From NCBI GenBank assembly GCA_948466335.1, contig CAOKAE010000002.1:92029-156028 (forward strand): 64,000 nt of DNA, written 5' to 3'. Shown in pieces: positions 1-9,339 of this stretch. The notes under the pieces are model-generated. The model did not search any database and was not told the DNA's origin. It was given only the letters and a program-made list of their open reading frames with translations. Position 1 is the stretch's first letter. Each line of letters begins with the position of its first letter. This DNA is from an uncultured Coriobacteriia bacterium (GTDB lineage Bacteria > Actinomycetota > Coriobacteriia > Coriobacteriales > QAMH01). The position numbers were made by a program, and so were the translations under genes.

Positions 1-579
1 CCCGCCAAGCACGAGATAGCGATGGTAGAGTTCTATAGCTCGGTCGTGATTGATATAGGGCTGTCCACTCGCCACGTGGGAACGAATGTCATTGGCCATA
101 GCCCTCTCGTCTAAGGCCCAAAGGTATTCCTCGAAATCGAGAGGATGCAGCTCCAGCTGCCTCACGTCAGAGGGAAATGGGAGGGAGCGGCGTTTGGTTG
201 TCACACCCAGGAGACTTCCCGTCGCCAAGACACGCCAAGGAGAATTCGCAAAAAAACGAAGGGAATTGAGCGCTTGCTCGCATAGCTGGACTTCATCGAG
301 AATAACGAGAGTTGTTTCCGGGATGATTGGCTGTCGCTTATATTCCGCAATGCGCTGAATAAGACCATTCACGTCATCTGTTGGCCAGTCGAAGATAGCG
401 CTGGTTCGAGCAAGATCGGTCTGAAAGTCGAGCTTCACGTAGCCGTCGGCGAAGAGCTCATTCCCTATGTGCTCGGCCAGCACGGTTTTTCCCACCCGAC
501 GAGCGCCCTGGATGAGAAGTGGCTGGCCATGGCTTGCCTCGGCCCACTCTCTTAATGGCTCCTCGAGCTTCCTCTGCAT
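1..579 (-). CDS. AAA-family ATPase (DUF4143/AAA_14-like), C-terminus outside window
   Basis: The minus-strand frame is open to the window edge, so it is absent from the ORF track. Hand translation: MQRKLEEPLREWAEASHGQPLLIQGARRVGKTVLAEH...TLVILDEVQLCEQAL, with a Walker A-like GARRVGKT and a Walker B-like VILDE. GGAG lies 3 nt before the ATG at 579, and TATAAT lies at 619..614. Confidence 0.7.
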   Translation of the reverse strand, partial: MQRKLEEPLREWAEASHGQPLLIQGARRVGKTVLAEHIGNELFADGYVKLDFQTDLARTSAIFDWPTDDVNGLIQRIAEYKRQPIIPETTLVILDEVQLCEQALNSLRFFANSPWRVLATGSLLGVTTKRRSLPFPSDVRQLELHPLDFEEYLWALDERAMANDIRSHVASGQPYINHDRAIELYHRYLVLGG

Positions 580-630
580 ATACTCCACGGCATCCTCGCT
601 TTCCTCATGGAAGATTATAGAGGAATTGCT

Positions 631-690
631 AATTTCGTGTACACGGTGTACACGAAATTTTGGGTTTTCGTGTACACCGTGTACACGAAA
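631..690. promoter_or_regulatory. Twin perfect palindromes (candidate operator pair) sharing the core TTTCGTGTACAC-N-GTGTACACGAAA
   Basis: 631-659 is a 29-bp perfect palindrome centred on G645. 666-690 is a 25-bp perfect palindrome centred on C678. The cores are exact reverse complements of each other. Copy 1 overlaps the likely -35 region of the TATAAT promoter of the AAA ATPase gene. Confidence 0.6.
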
Positions 691-798
691 TTGCCAGACG
701 CGCATTTTAAAACCGTATCTACATGTCCGAAAACAGCCACTTTGCAACAAAAGATGCTGGTAAGCTAGATGAGCACCGTCGGAATGTGAGGCATCTAT

Positions 799-2304
799 AT
801 GAATTCTTCGTCTCAGGACAAGCTCAACAATGAGAATCGCAAGCGAGCCCTCTATGCTGCGCTCAAAGCTCATGATGCTCGTTATGATGGGCAAATTTTC
901 GTTGGGGTCTCCTCGACGGGAATCTATTGCCGCCCCGTATGCCATGCGAAGGTGCCCAAATACGAAAACTGCACCTTCTTTGCTACTGCAGCAGAAGCCG
1001 AACAGGCTGGATATCGGCCATGCTTGTTATGCCGTCCAGAAACCGCACCGGGAACATCGATAGTAGACGCTTCTGCAAATCTAAGCAGGCGCGCTGCTGC
1101 TCTCATACGAGAAAACTGCACACGTCCCCAGGGGGTCGAGCAAATCGCCGCTCGTCTCGGCTATACAGACCGCCATCTAAGGCGTGTCTTTGAGGAAGAG
1201 TACGCGGTAAGTCCCGCCCAGTATCTCCAAACATGCCGATTGCACCTGGCTAAATCTCTTCTCACGGAATCGAACCTTTCCGTATCAACCGTGGCGTGTG
1301 CATCGGGTTTTGGAAGCACCCGTCGCTTTAATGACGTCTTCAAGCGTCACTACCGCATGACGCCCAGCGAGCTGCGCAAGCAAAAAGGCGCGCGCCGGTC
1401 CGTTGACGAAGGCATCGTCTTTCGTCTGGGCTATCGTCCGCCCTATCGCTTCGATGACCTGCTCGCGTTCTTTCGCATGCGCCAGATCGAGGGCGTGGAG
1501 CGGATTGACAATGCCTCCTACGAACGCGTCGTGCGGCTAGCAGACGAAGGCATCGAGCACGTCGGCTGGCTGCGTGTCGAGAACGACGAGAAGAAGAATG
1601 CGCTCATCGTCACCATGAGCGAGTCACTCCTTCCCATGACATCCCAGGTGCTCGAGCGCGTGCGCTCCATGTTCGATACCGACAGCGACCCAAGCGCGAT
1701 CCACGAGGCCATCGCCTCGCTCAACGAGGTGGTGCCCGGCGCCGCCAAGGAGGGTACGCGCGTACCCGGATGCTTCGACCCCTTCGAGACAGCCGTGCGC
1801 GCCATACTCGGCCAGCAGGTCACCGTCACCTTCGCCAACACGCTCGCCGCCCGCATCGCCCGCAGCTTCGGCACGCCCATCGAGCTCGGCAGAGATGGTC
1901 TCAGCTACGCCTTCCCCACGCATCACGACATCCTGGCCATTCCCTCCATCGAGGACGGCTTCGGCAAACTCGGCGTCATCAAGACCCGCTCGCGCGTCAT
2001 CGCCGAAATCGCCCGCGCCCTCGATGAGGGAGATATCGACTTCAGCCATGGCGCCATCGTAGCCGAACAGCGCGAGAAGCTGCTCGCCCTCAAGGGCATC
2101 GGGCCGTGGACCGCCGACTACATTTCCCTGCGCGTCTTCAACGACCCCGATGTCTTCCTGGAGGGTGACGCCGGCATCAAGCACGCGCTGCCGGACACGA
2201 CCCCGAAGGAGCGTCTGACGCTCGCCGAGCAGTGGCGCCCCTGGCGCAGCTACGCGAACCTGTGCCTGTGGAACTCACTAAGCCCATCGAAGGAAGAGGA
2301 CTAG
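799..2304 (+). CDS. alkA: Fused Ada regulatory domain / AraC HTH / DNA-3-methyladenine glycosylase II (AdaA-AlkA)
   Basis: The N-terminus has an Ada Zn-binding motif (GIYCRPVCHAKVP...YRPCLLCRPE). The middle has an AraC-type HTH (HLRRVFEEEYAVSPAQYLQ). The C-terminus has an HhH-GPD glycosylase region (LLALKGIGPWTADYISLR). The fusion next to ogt is the arrangement known in mycobacteria. Confidence 0.9.
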   Translation: MNSSSQDKLNNENRKRALYAALKAHDARYDGQIFVGVSSTGIYCRPVCHAKVPKYENCTFFATAAEAEQAGYRPCLLCRPETAPGTSIVDASANLSRRAAALIRENCTRPQGVEQIAARLGYTDRHLRRVFEEEYAVSPAQYLQTCRLHLAKSLLTESNLSVSTVACASGFGSTRRFNDVFKRHYRMTPSELRKQKGARRSVDEGIVFRLGYRPPYRFDDLLAFFRMRQIEGVERIDNASYERVVRLADEGIEHVGWLRVENDEKKNALIVTMSESLLPMTSQVLERVRSMFDTDSDPSAIHEAIASLNEVVPGAAKEGTRVPGCFDPFETAVRAILGQQVTVTFANTLAARIARSFGTPIELGRDGLSYAFPTHHDILAIPSIEDGFGKLGVIKTRSRVIAEIARALDEGDIDFSHGAIVAEQREKLLALKGIGPWTADYISLRVFNDPDVFLEGDAGIKHALPDTTPKERLTLAEQWRPWRSYANLCLWNSLSPSKEED

Positions 2305-2306
2305 CC

Positions 2307-2864
2307 ATGAAGAGCAACGACGCGATTTACTCCACCATCTACGAGAGCGAGGCCTTCGGGCCCATCACGCTCGCCAGCGACGGGAGAAACCTCGTGGGCT
2401 TGTGGCTCGAAGGGCAAAAGTACTACGCCGCCACCGTGGTTGGTGAAATGATTCCCAACGACGATGCGGCTCCTTTCGCGCAGACGCGTGAATGGCTCGA
2501 TCGCTACTTTGCCGGGCAGCGCCCCGACCCCGCCGAACTCCCGCTCGCGCCTCTGGGCAGCGCGTTTCGCCAGCGCGTCTGGGAAAAGCTCCTCGAAATT
2601 CCCTATGGCTTGACGTGCACCTACGGCGACATCGCCACGGCGCTCGCTCGCGAGGATGGCAAGGAGAAAATGTCGGCACAGGCCGTCGGAGGCGCCGTAG
2701 GCCACAACCCCATCTCCATCATCATCCCCTGCCACCGCGTTGTGGGAAGCAACGGAAGCCTCACCGGCTATGCCGGCGGCATCGACAAGAAAGTGCGCCT
2801 GCTCGAGCACGAGGGCGCACTTTCCGAAGACTTCTTCATCCCCACGAAGGGCACGGCACTCTAG
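2307..2864 (+). CDS. ogt: Methylated-DNA--protein-cysteine methyltransferase
   Basis: Active-site motif IPCHRVVGSNGSLTGYAGG. The start was moved to ATG 2307 (MKSNDAIY), 2 nt after the alkA stop. The ORF-track start at 2232 would overlap alkA. Confidence 0.92.
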   Translation: MKSNDAIYSTIYESEAFGPITLASDGRNLVGLWLEGQKYYAATVVGEMIPNDDAAPFAQTREWLDRYFAGQRPDPAELPLAPLGSAFRQRVWEKLLEIPYGLTCTYGDIATALAREDGKEKMSAQAVGGAVGHNPISIIIPCHRVVGSNGSLTGYAGGIDKKVRLLEHEGALSEDFFIPTKGTAL

Positions 2865-3823
2865 TCGTTTTCCTTGACTACGCTCTCGTAGGTCTTCGTG
2901 CCAGCGTAGATCTCGTCCTTCAGCGGGTTGAGCTTCAGCTTGCGCACGCGGTAGAACTGGTAGACAGCCAGCGCGACATTGGATGCCAGCGCGATGAAGC
3001 TAACCACGAAGAAGGCCGTGGGATTGTGCGTGGTGGGTATGGGCGCCAGCACATCGGCAAACTGGGGAATCGTCATGACGAACATAATCCAGAGAGCCAG
3101 CGTTTGCGCGCGATGCTGCAGCCACGCGCCCCGTTTGATGAAGAAGGTGGGGATGGTGCATGCCAGTAGGAGCGCCAAGCCGCAATAGGCCGAATGATCG
3201 GAAATGCAGTTATACGTGTACGCGAAGTTCCAGAAGTCGTAGGCGATAATCCATGCCCAAATCATATCGGGCCAAATCATGTCCTTCGTCTTGTCCTTCG
3301 AGATGAAGATGCCAAACCAACCGCAGATGGTGATGATGTTCAAGATGCCCGCGATACCGTTCATGATGTTCCATGGGCCCGAGATGGTCCAGAGGTTCTC
3401 GACGATTCCGCCATCCCATAGGCCAAAGCTGAACACCTGGAAGTCGCGGATGGCCGCCTCAGCGATATTGATGGCAAGAATCAGAGGCGGAAAGCACAGC
3501 GCCCATTTCTTCTCGTATAGATAATGGACTCTGCCGTCCTTGCCGTTCCACTTCACGTAGCGCAAGGCCATGAAGCCCACGCACCCTGCAAGCGCTGAGT
3601 ACGTCTTCACCCAGTTGAACCACGTGCCGGTTCCGTATTCGTTTCCAGGAGCCGCCGTTTCGGGCCATACGAAAATCGTAAGCGCGATTGGAACGACGAT
3701 GAAGAGGGCGATGCCGCCCCACGGCTTCACACGTCCGAGCTCGTTGAACGCCATGAGGGCGAAGAGCACGAACAGCCAAATAGCCCAATAGATAGGGTCT
3801 GCCGCCTGATACAAGATTCCCAT
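2861..3823 (-). CDS. Polytopic integral membrane protein, function unknown
   Basis: 320 aa with about 9-10 hydrophobic segments rich in W/F/Y. I recognise no catalytic motif. It is divergent from the TetR gene. Confidence 0.7.
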   Translation of the reverse strand: MGILYQAADPIYWAIWLFVLFALMAFNELGRVKPWGGIALFIVVPIALTIFVWPETAAPGNEYGTGTWFNWVKTYSALAGCVGFMALRYVKWNGKDGRVHYLYEKKWALCFPPLILAINIAEAAIRDFQVFSFGLWDGGIVENLWTISGPWNIMNGIAGILNIITICGWFGIFISKDKTKDMIWPDMIWAWIIAYDFWNFAYTYNCISDHSAYCGLALLLACTIPTFFIKRGAWLQHRAQTLALWIMFVMTIPQFADVLAPIPTTHNPTAFFVVSFIALASNVALAVYQFYRVRKLKLNPLKDEIYAGTKTYESVVKEND

Positions 3824-3882
3824 GACAGCTCCTTTCCCTCAGTGACGTGTGGAATTCATCCTGGATGTCAACAGCCGCAGTC

Positions 3883-3902
3883 TATCATCGGCAAGGATGA
3901 TA
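3883..3902. promoter_or_regulatory. Candidate TetR operator (inverted repeat TATCATC-N6-GATGATA)
   Basis: A 7-bp perfect inverted repeat in the divergent promoter region between the membrane protein and the TetR gene. A second palindrome, TGCATGCA, lies about 15 bp downstream. Confidence 0.3.
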
Positions 3903-3970
3903 AGATTTAACAAACTGCATGCATTTGTGAAAGACAATCGCGTGCGCCTTGCTCTCGAAAGGAGATCTGC

Positions 3971-4666
3971 ATGGCTTCCATTCAACGCTATGGCGAGCGC
4001 ACTCCTCACGAGGCGGCAGCCCATGTGTGCCCCCGACGAACCAGCCTCGCGGAATCGCGCCGGCTTACGGGTACCCCCGGCGTAATAGCAAGCGCCGCCC
4101 GCAAGCTCTTCGAACGCGACGGCGTACGTGCCACCACGGTCATCGCCATCGCGCGCGAGGCAAACGTGACGCGTGAGCTGGTGTACTACCACTTCGGAAA
4201 CAAGAACGGCGTCATCGAAGCCGTTCTCGATGACTACGTTGAGGACCTCGTGGAAAGCGTCATCGCCTGGAACGAGGCGCGCGTATTCGGAGATATGGCG
4301 GGATCATTGAAGAGGTGCATAGCCGTCTTCCGCTATGCGCTCTACGATGCAGAGGGCAAGCCGCGTCCTATCATTCGCGTACTGGAAGAGCTCGGCGTGC
4401 GCGACGCATTCGATGTGCGCGCCACGCGCGAAACGGCCGATTGCTTGAACGACCACATCGCTTCCGAATATGCCGCCTACCACCAAATCGAAATCGAGCT
4501 CGTCCACGAGATGTTCTGCGTGATCATCTTCGGGTTGGTGGGGCTGGTGAAGATGAAGCCGACTATCAGCGACGAGGACCTCATGAAGATCGTCGAGCAA
4601 ACGCTGCGACTCGACATGACGCGCCCCGTCGCGTCCGTTGAGGACACTGCGCCTGCTGGGGACTAG
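3971..4666 (+). CDS. TetR/AcrR family transcriptional regulator
   Basis: HTH region AARKLFERDGVRATTVIAIAREANVTRELVYYHFGNKNG. The SD AAAGGAG lies 6 nt upstream of ATG 3971. Confidence 0.88.
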   Translation: MASIQRYGERTPHEAAAHVCPRRTSLAESRRLTGTPGVIASAARKLFERDGVRATTVIAIAREANVTRELVYYHFGNKNGVIEAVLDDYVEDLVESVIAWNEARVFGDMAGSLKRCIAVFRYALYDAEGKPRPIIRVLEELGVRDAFDVRATRETADCLNDHIASEYAAYHQIEIELVHEMFCVIIFGLVGLVKMKPTISDEDLMKIVEQTLRLDMTRPVASVEDTAPAGD

Positions 4667-4677
4667 GCGAAGAAAAC

Positions 4678-4706
4678 GGGACAAACGTCTCCGGGACGCT
4701 TGTCTC
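4678..4706. repeat. GAGACA/TGTCTC hairpin repeat, copy A
   Basis: GGGACAAACGTC-TCCGG-GACGCTTGTCTC, a 12-position stem with one A.C mismatch. It shares an exact 16-mer, ACGTCTCCGGGACGCT, with 62414-62429. It begins 12 nt after the TetR stop. Confidence 0.6.
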
Positions 4707-4751
4707 ATAAGGTGCGGGTGCCGGGTGAAGGTGTATGGACGAAACAGGTGC

Positions 4752-4793
4752 CAAAAAACGCAAAGGGGGCCGCGGCGACAAGCCACGGCCCCC
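4752..4793 (-). terminator. Rho-independent terminator of the esterase gene
   Basis: On the minus strand, GGGGGCCG-N13-CGGCCCCC is followed by TTTGCGTTTTTTGG. It lies 30 nt after the stop at 4824. Confidence 0.75.
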
Positions 4794-4823
4794 TCGCTTG
4801 GGGAGGAAGACGGCAACTGGCGC

Positions 4824-7439
4824 TTACTTGTTCGCTGCCACGATACCGTCCATGAACTCGTCGATGATCTTGTTCACGCGATCGGTGTTGAACTGCCAAC
4901 CGCCATGGGCAGCGCCCTCGATCGAGTAACGCTCGGAAGCCGCGCCCAGTTCCTTGGAGCGCTTGTACAGCTCCATGGTGGAGACGGGCGACACGGACAT
5001 GTCCGCGGTGCCATGGAAGCACAGGAACGCCGGGTCATCCTCGTCCAGGTAGGTGAAGGGGCTGAACTTGGCCGGCTTGTCCAGGTTGCTGTAGACCGAG
5101 CCGCCCGGGTTCTGGCCAAAGGCCGTGCCGTTGATCAGGAGAGCCTCGGTGTTGGACTCCGAATCATGCACGCCATAGTTGGACAGGCCCGCACCGATGA
5201 TGGTGAGGTCGGAAACGCCGAAGAGGTCGATGACGCCCTGGACCGCGGAGCTCTGGTCGAGGTTGTCGCCCACGTCGAACTTGATGTTGTCATCGAACTG
5301 GGTGGTGTTGCCCAGAACGCCCATCATGACCGCCATGTAACCGCCCGCAGAGGAACCGCTCGCGATGATGCAGTTGGGGTCGATGTTGAAGGTGCCCGCA
5401 TGGGCGCGCAGCCACCTCACGCCGGCCTTGGCATCCTGCAGAGGTCCGGGGTTGGTCGTGTTGGGAATGACGCGAATCTCGGCAACCACCACGACATAGC
5501 CACGCTCAGCATAGCGCAGGTACGACATGGCATCCGGATTGGACTTGTTGAAGCCACCGCAGGCAGCGACGTAGAGCACCGGACGCGGACCATCATCCCT
5601 GCCCTTGGAGGGCGTGATGATGTTCATCTTCAGGGTCTTGTTGGTACCCTTCTCGTTAATCGTCTTGTAGGAGATGTCGCGCGTCTGGCTCAGGGTCCAG
5701 TGGTTGGGATCGGTGGCAACCTGCTCGGCTCCGGCCGTGGCCTCAGCGAGCGTGGGCAGGTCCTCGGCCGCATAGGCCTTCGTGCCCTTGCTCAGGTCGA
5801 CGGTGGGCGCAACGTCGGAAACCGGCGTATTCGCGTAGGTGTTCAGGAACTTGAGGGCGCGCTCCATGGAAACGCCCTGCTCGAACTGCTTGCCGCCATG
5901 GCCGGCGCCCTCGATGACGTAGCGCTCGGTGTGTACGCCAGCGGCATCCAGGCGCTTCTGGAGCATCTTGGACGCGACGGGAGACACGAGCGTGTCGGCC
6001 GTGCCGTGGAACATGAGGAACGGCACCGTGTTGCCGTCGATGTAGCTCAGCGGGCTTGCCGCGGAGACCTTGGCGATCATGGAATCATCGAACACGCCGA
6101 CGCCCTTCTGGGCGGCAGCGGCGCCGTTGAGCAGGAGCGCCTCGGTGGTGGCAGCCGACTTGTGGCTGTCCTGAAGCTCCTGGGACAGACCCGCGCCGAT
6201 GATGGTGAGGTCAGAAACGCCGTAGAAGTCGATAACCGCGTTGACGGCAGAGGACTGGTCGAGATTCGCTCCCACGTCGAGCTTGGTCGGAACGACGTCG
6301 CCTTGCATGTTGGGATAGGAGATCTCTTTCACGTTGCTCGTGACACCAATCATGGTCGCGTAATAGCCACCAGAGGAGTTACCGGCAGCGGCGACCTTGT
6401 TCGGGTCAAACTTGTACTTGGTCGCCTCGTTCTTCGCGCCGGCCTTGAGGAAGCGGATGGCCGCCTTGATGTCCTGGAGCGGGGCCGGGAAGTTCGACAC
6501 CGCGCTCGTGCGATGCTGCACGGAGGCAACGACATAACCGCCCTTGGCCAGCGCAAGGCGCGTCTCGAGGTTGCTGGCGGCATCGGAGTTGGTGAATCCG
6601 CCTCCGTTAATCCAGACGACGAGCGGCGTCTCGCCGTTCTTCGCCGTGGACGGCGTCAGCAGCTCGATCTGCAGGTCGACGGGCTTGCCGTAGTCGCTGG
6701 TGTGGAGATACGGGATGGTCTCCTGGCTCACGGTGACGGCGGTCGACTTGTCGGCATCGGTGAGATTGATCACGTTATAGGCAGTCGCCTCGTCGAGTGT
6801 GGCGAGACCCGGCGTGTCCTGACCGATGCACGCCTTGCTCACATCGACCGTACCCGTGTTGAACGGGTCGACCGGCACGGGGACGTCGCTGGCGCCACGT
6901 ACGGCATACCAACCGATGCCCTCGTCGTTCCAACCGATGCTCACGAGCCTGCTATGCTCGTCGAGGCTGGTGGTGTAGTTGTGGGAACCGGCGTTGTTCG
7001 TTGCCGCATTGGGGTCCACGTTGGGGTTGAACTGCCTGTAGAGGGGCACACGCTCCTGGTCGTCGGAATAGAAGCTGATGCCCTCGTCGGTCCAGCCGGC
7101 CTGCACGAGGCTGTCGCGCTCGAACTCGGACATCGTGTAGTGATGGTCCGTGCCCGAATACACGCGATACACGGGCGTCTCGGACGTGGTCGGGGCATGC
7201 CAGCCGATGCCCTCGTAGTTCCAGCCGGCGGCGACGGTGGCATCCTTCTCGACGTCGCTTGCCGTGTAGAAGTGCTCACCGGAATTGGGATTGTACAGAC
7301 GATGCATCGCCTGCGTCTCCTCTGCGGCGTTATCAGCAAACGCCAGTCCCGACGGCACCATGAACACCGCGCACAAAGACGTTGCCATGAAGCAGGCCAA
7401 TGCCTTTCGCGCATACTCAAGTGCTTTAGGTTTACCCAT
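4824..7439 (-). CDS. Secreted protein: signal peptide, 3 YRLYNPNSGEHFYT-type repeats, and two tandem alpha/beta-hydrolase (esterase/lipase) domains
   Basis: Starts MGKPKALEY...GLAFA/DN (Sec-type signal) with SD GGAGA upstream. Three repeats resemble DUF5648-type repeats. Two GxSxG nucleophile motifs are present: GNSSGGYYA (about 6361-6390) and GSSAGGYMA (about 5331-5360). Both halves share NLDQSSAV..VID.(F/Y)GVSDLTIIGAGLS and FHGTAD..VSPV. Confidence 0.85.
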   Translation of the reverse strand: MGKPKALEYARKALACFMATSLCAVFMVPSGLAFADNAAEETQAMHRLYNPNSGEHFYTASDVEKDATVAAGWNYEGIGWHAPTTSETPVYRVYSGTDHHYTMSEFERDSLVQAGWTDEGISFYSDDQERVPLYRQFNPNVDPNAATNNAGSHNYTTSLDEHSRLVSIGWNDEGIGWYAVRGASDVPVPVDPFNTGTVDVSKACIGQDTPGLATLDEATAYNVINLTDADKSTAVTVSQETIPYLHTSDYGKPVDLQIELLTPSTAKNGETPLVVWINGGGFTNSDAASNLETRLALAKGGYVVASVQHRTSAVSNFPAPLQDIKAAIRFLKAGAKNEATKYKFDPNKVAAAGNSSGGYYATMIGVTSNVKEISYPNMQGDVVPTKLDVGANLDQSSAVNAVIDFYGVSDLTIIGAGLSQELQDSHKSAATTEALLLNGAAAAQKGVGVFDDSMIAKVSAASPLSYIDGNTVPFLMFHGTADTLVSPVASKMLQKRLDAAGVHTERYVIEGAGHGGKQFEQGVSMERALKFLNTYANTPVSDVAPTVDLSKGTKAYAAEDLPTLAEATAGAEQVATDPNHWTLSQTRDISYKTINEKGTNKTLKMNIITPSKGRDDGPRPVLYVAACGGFNKSNPDAMSYLRYAERGYVVVVAEIRVIPNTTNPGPLQDAKAGVRWLRAHAGTFNIDPNCIIASGSSAGGYMAVMMGVLGNTTQFDDNIKFDVGDNLDQSSAVQGVIDLFGVSDLTIIGAGLSNYGVHDSESNTEALLINGTAFGQNPGGSVYSNLDKPAKFSPFTYLDEDDPAFLCFHGTADMSVSPVSTMELYKRSKELGAASERYSIEGAAHGGWQFNTDRVNKIIDEFMDGIVAANK

Positions 7440-7645
7440 TAGGTCTCCCTTCCTTGTAACGATTTGCCTTACGCACCGTCTTCTCCCTCCCCCGGGTTTG
7501 ATACGCAGGGCCCGTGCCGCGACGTCGCGAATATGCGCCCAGTCGCATTCGTGGCGCGCGTGGCTTTCATGCACGGTATGAGGTGGACAGATGATTGTCT
7601 CCCCACGAAAGGTGGGTAATGCGGCAAAAGGGCCGGACAGACGGC

Positions 7646-9156
7646 TTATATCAGCTTTTTCGCCTCGTTGACCATGGCGATCAGCTCGTCCTTGCGATGA
7701 ATGCCCATCTTGCGGTAGATGCTCTTGCCGTAGCCCTTGACGGTGCTCTCGGCCACGACCAGTTCCTCGGCCACGCGCTTGACCGTGTAGCCCCGCGCCA
7801 TGAGCGAGGCGGTCTCCTGTTCGCGCTCGGTCAGGTCATATCGTTCGGCCAGCATGTCCATGGCAAGGTCGTGTCGCTCGGCTAGAGAAGGTACCTGTTT
7901 CAAGTCGTCGGGCTTTCTCTCGGCCCCTGTTCCAATTTGCCCAGAAACGCCCGCCGGTGAACGATAACCATGATGAAGAGCACGGCGCACATGCCCAAGG
8001 AGACGGCGATACCCGCGGCGATGCTCACGGGAAACAGAAAGTCAGCGGGAGTCAAATTGAGGTGGGCGAGCACGGCCGGGATAATCGAGGACGTGATGCC
8101 GGACGCAAGACCGTACACCACAAGGAAGAACGCCGAACACGAGAGCGGGGAGTGCCCGTTATCCAGACCCCATAAGCTTATCAACGCCATCGCATAGACG
8201 AGCAGGGCAGAGTACAGGCCCGTCACGAACGGCGAGAGCACGACGGGGGACACGAAGGCGAACAGCACCGTCGAGACCATGAAGCCGACAAGGCCGATAC
8301 TCCCTATGGCCAAGGTACATTCCGCCGTTGACTTTGAGCGTAGGGCAATCAGTAGGAAGAGCACTCCGATTCCGACGGAGACCAGGTAGGCATAGATCGT
8401 CCTGGGATGGGGGACGTAGTTGACCCCGCCATGGGCCCATCTGCTGCGCAGGAAGGCACCGCAGAAGATCTCGGCAAACACCAATGCCATGGCGCATATC
8501 TGCACTTTGCGAAGATAGGAATCCTGAAGGAACGGCTCCAGCTCGCGCGTTGCGGAGATGACCTGATCCTTGCGAAGCAGACAAAGCGCGAGGAGCGCGA
8601 GAAGCGGATAGAGTGCACTGAGCGTCGACGCCCATTCGCGAGGCAGGGCATCGAGCAGCCCGAAGACGTGACTTGCCACGAAGGCACCCATTACCACCGT
8701 CGCGATCTTGTCGCGGGCGATTGCGGCGAGCACGCGAAACCATCCGGTGACAAGAACAGCAAAACCCATGCAAAGGACAACAATGCTCACGACATAGAAG
8801 GCATCGGTCGTCACGCCAAGGGTTCTTCCCGCGCTATTGGCAAGCACGCCTGCCATGGCAAGGATGCCTCCAGCGACGTACGGGACAAGCCGCCCTTCTG
8901 TCTCCAAGACCCTACGGGGTTTTCTGCCGCGGCATAGCGAGATGACCGCCATCACGCACCCGAGGAGGATGAGGGCGGCATCGTATACGACGCGCAACTC
9001 GGAAAAGCTCGACGTGATCCCGACGGTGAGAGACCCGAAAAACGGCGCCCGGAACATGGCGCAAAGCGCCCCCAGGCCCACAAGGCACAGAATCGCTTTC
9101 TTGTTTCCCCCCGACACGCCGACGACCCCCTCCTGGCCGGTCGTGCATAAAGACAA
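7646..9156 (-). pseudogene. LuxR-family regulator (N-terminal ~10-TM domain plus C-terminal GerE/LuxR HTH) split by a frameshift
   Basis: The 418-aa polytopic ORF (7900..9156) and the 114-aa ORF carrying the HTH LTEREQETASLMARGYTVKRVAEELVVAESTVKGYGKSIYRKMG (7646..7990) overlap by 91 nt in different frames. Adding one nucleotide would fuse them into a protein of about 495 aa. The likely true start is GTG 9117, which has GGAGGGGG upstream. Confidence 0.6.
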
Positions 9157-9195
9157 AAGGCCACCGCCAAATGACAGCGGCCTTCGCTTTTTTGT

Positions 9196-9271
9196 TGGTG
9201 GAGATGAAGGGATTCGAACCCTCGGCCCCCACGTTGCGAACGTGATGCTCTCCCAGCTGAGCTACATCCCC
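9196..9271 (-). tRNA. tRNA-Ala (anticodon CGC)
   Basis: 76 nt, GGGGATGTAGCTCAGCTGGGAGAGCATCACGTTCGCAACGTGGGGGCCGAGGGTTCGAATCCCTTCATCTCCACCA. The acceptor stem has the G3:U70 alanine identity pair. The anticodon loop is TTCGCAA and the T-loop is TTCGAAT. CCA is encoded. Confidence 0.95.
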
Positions 9272-9339
9272 ACAAAACGCGGCGCGCCATGACGCGCGGG
9301 TTAGGATTATAGCGCATTTCCCGCGAGCGGGAAGGGGTA

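Noticed and set aside
693-798. Ada box upstream of ada/alkA
   Set aside because: There is only a loose resemblance (AAAATGCGCG on the minus strand) to the E. coli AAAGCGCA box, which is not convincing.
4638-7442. 934-aa plus-strand ORF
   Set aside because: It is antisense to the esterase gene, which has a signal peptide, GxSxG motifs and an SD. The plus-strand product is Gly/Arg/Val/Asp-rich low complexity, typical of a high-GC shadow ORF.
7646-7990. 114-aa LuxR HTH ORF as an independent gene
   Set aside because: This is possible. However, its first ~30 codons overlap the end of the membrane ORF, it has no SD, and the combined length matches the fused architecture. It is therefore reported as a frameshifted single gene.
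4667-9195. Genomic island integrated at the 3' end of tRNA-Ala (esterase, LuxR and TetR genes nearby)
   Set aside because: I found no integrase gene and no direct repeat of the tRNA 3' end by eye. There is not enough evidence.
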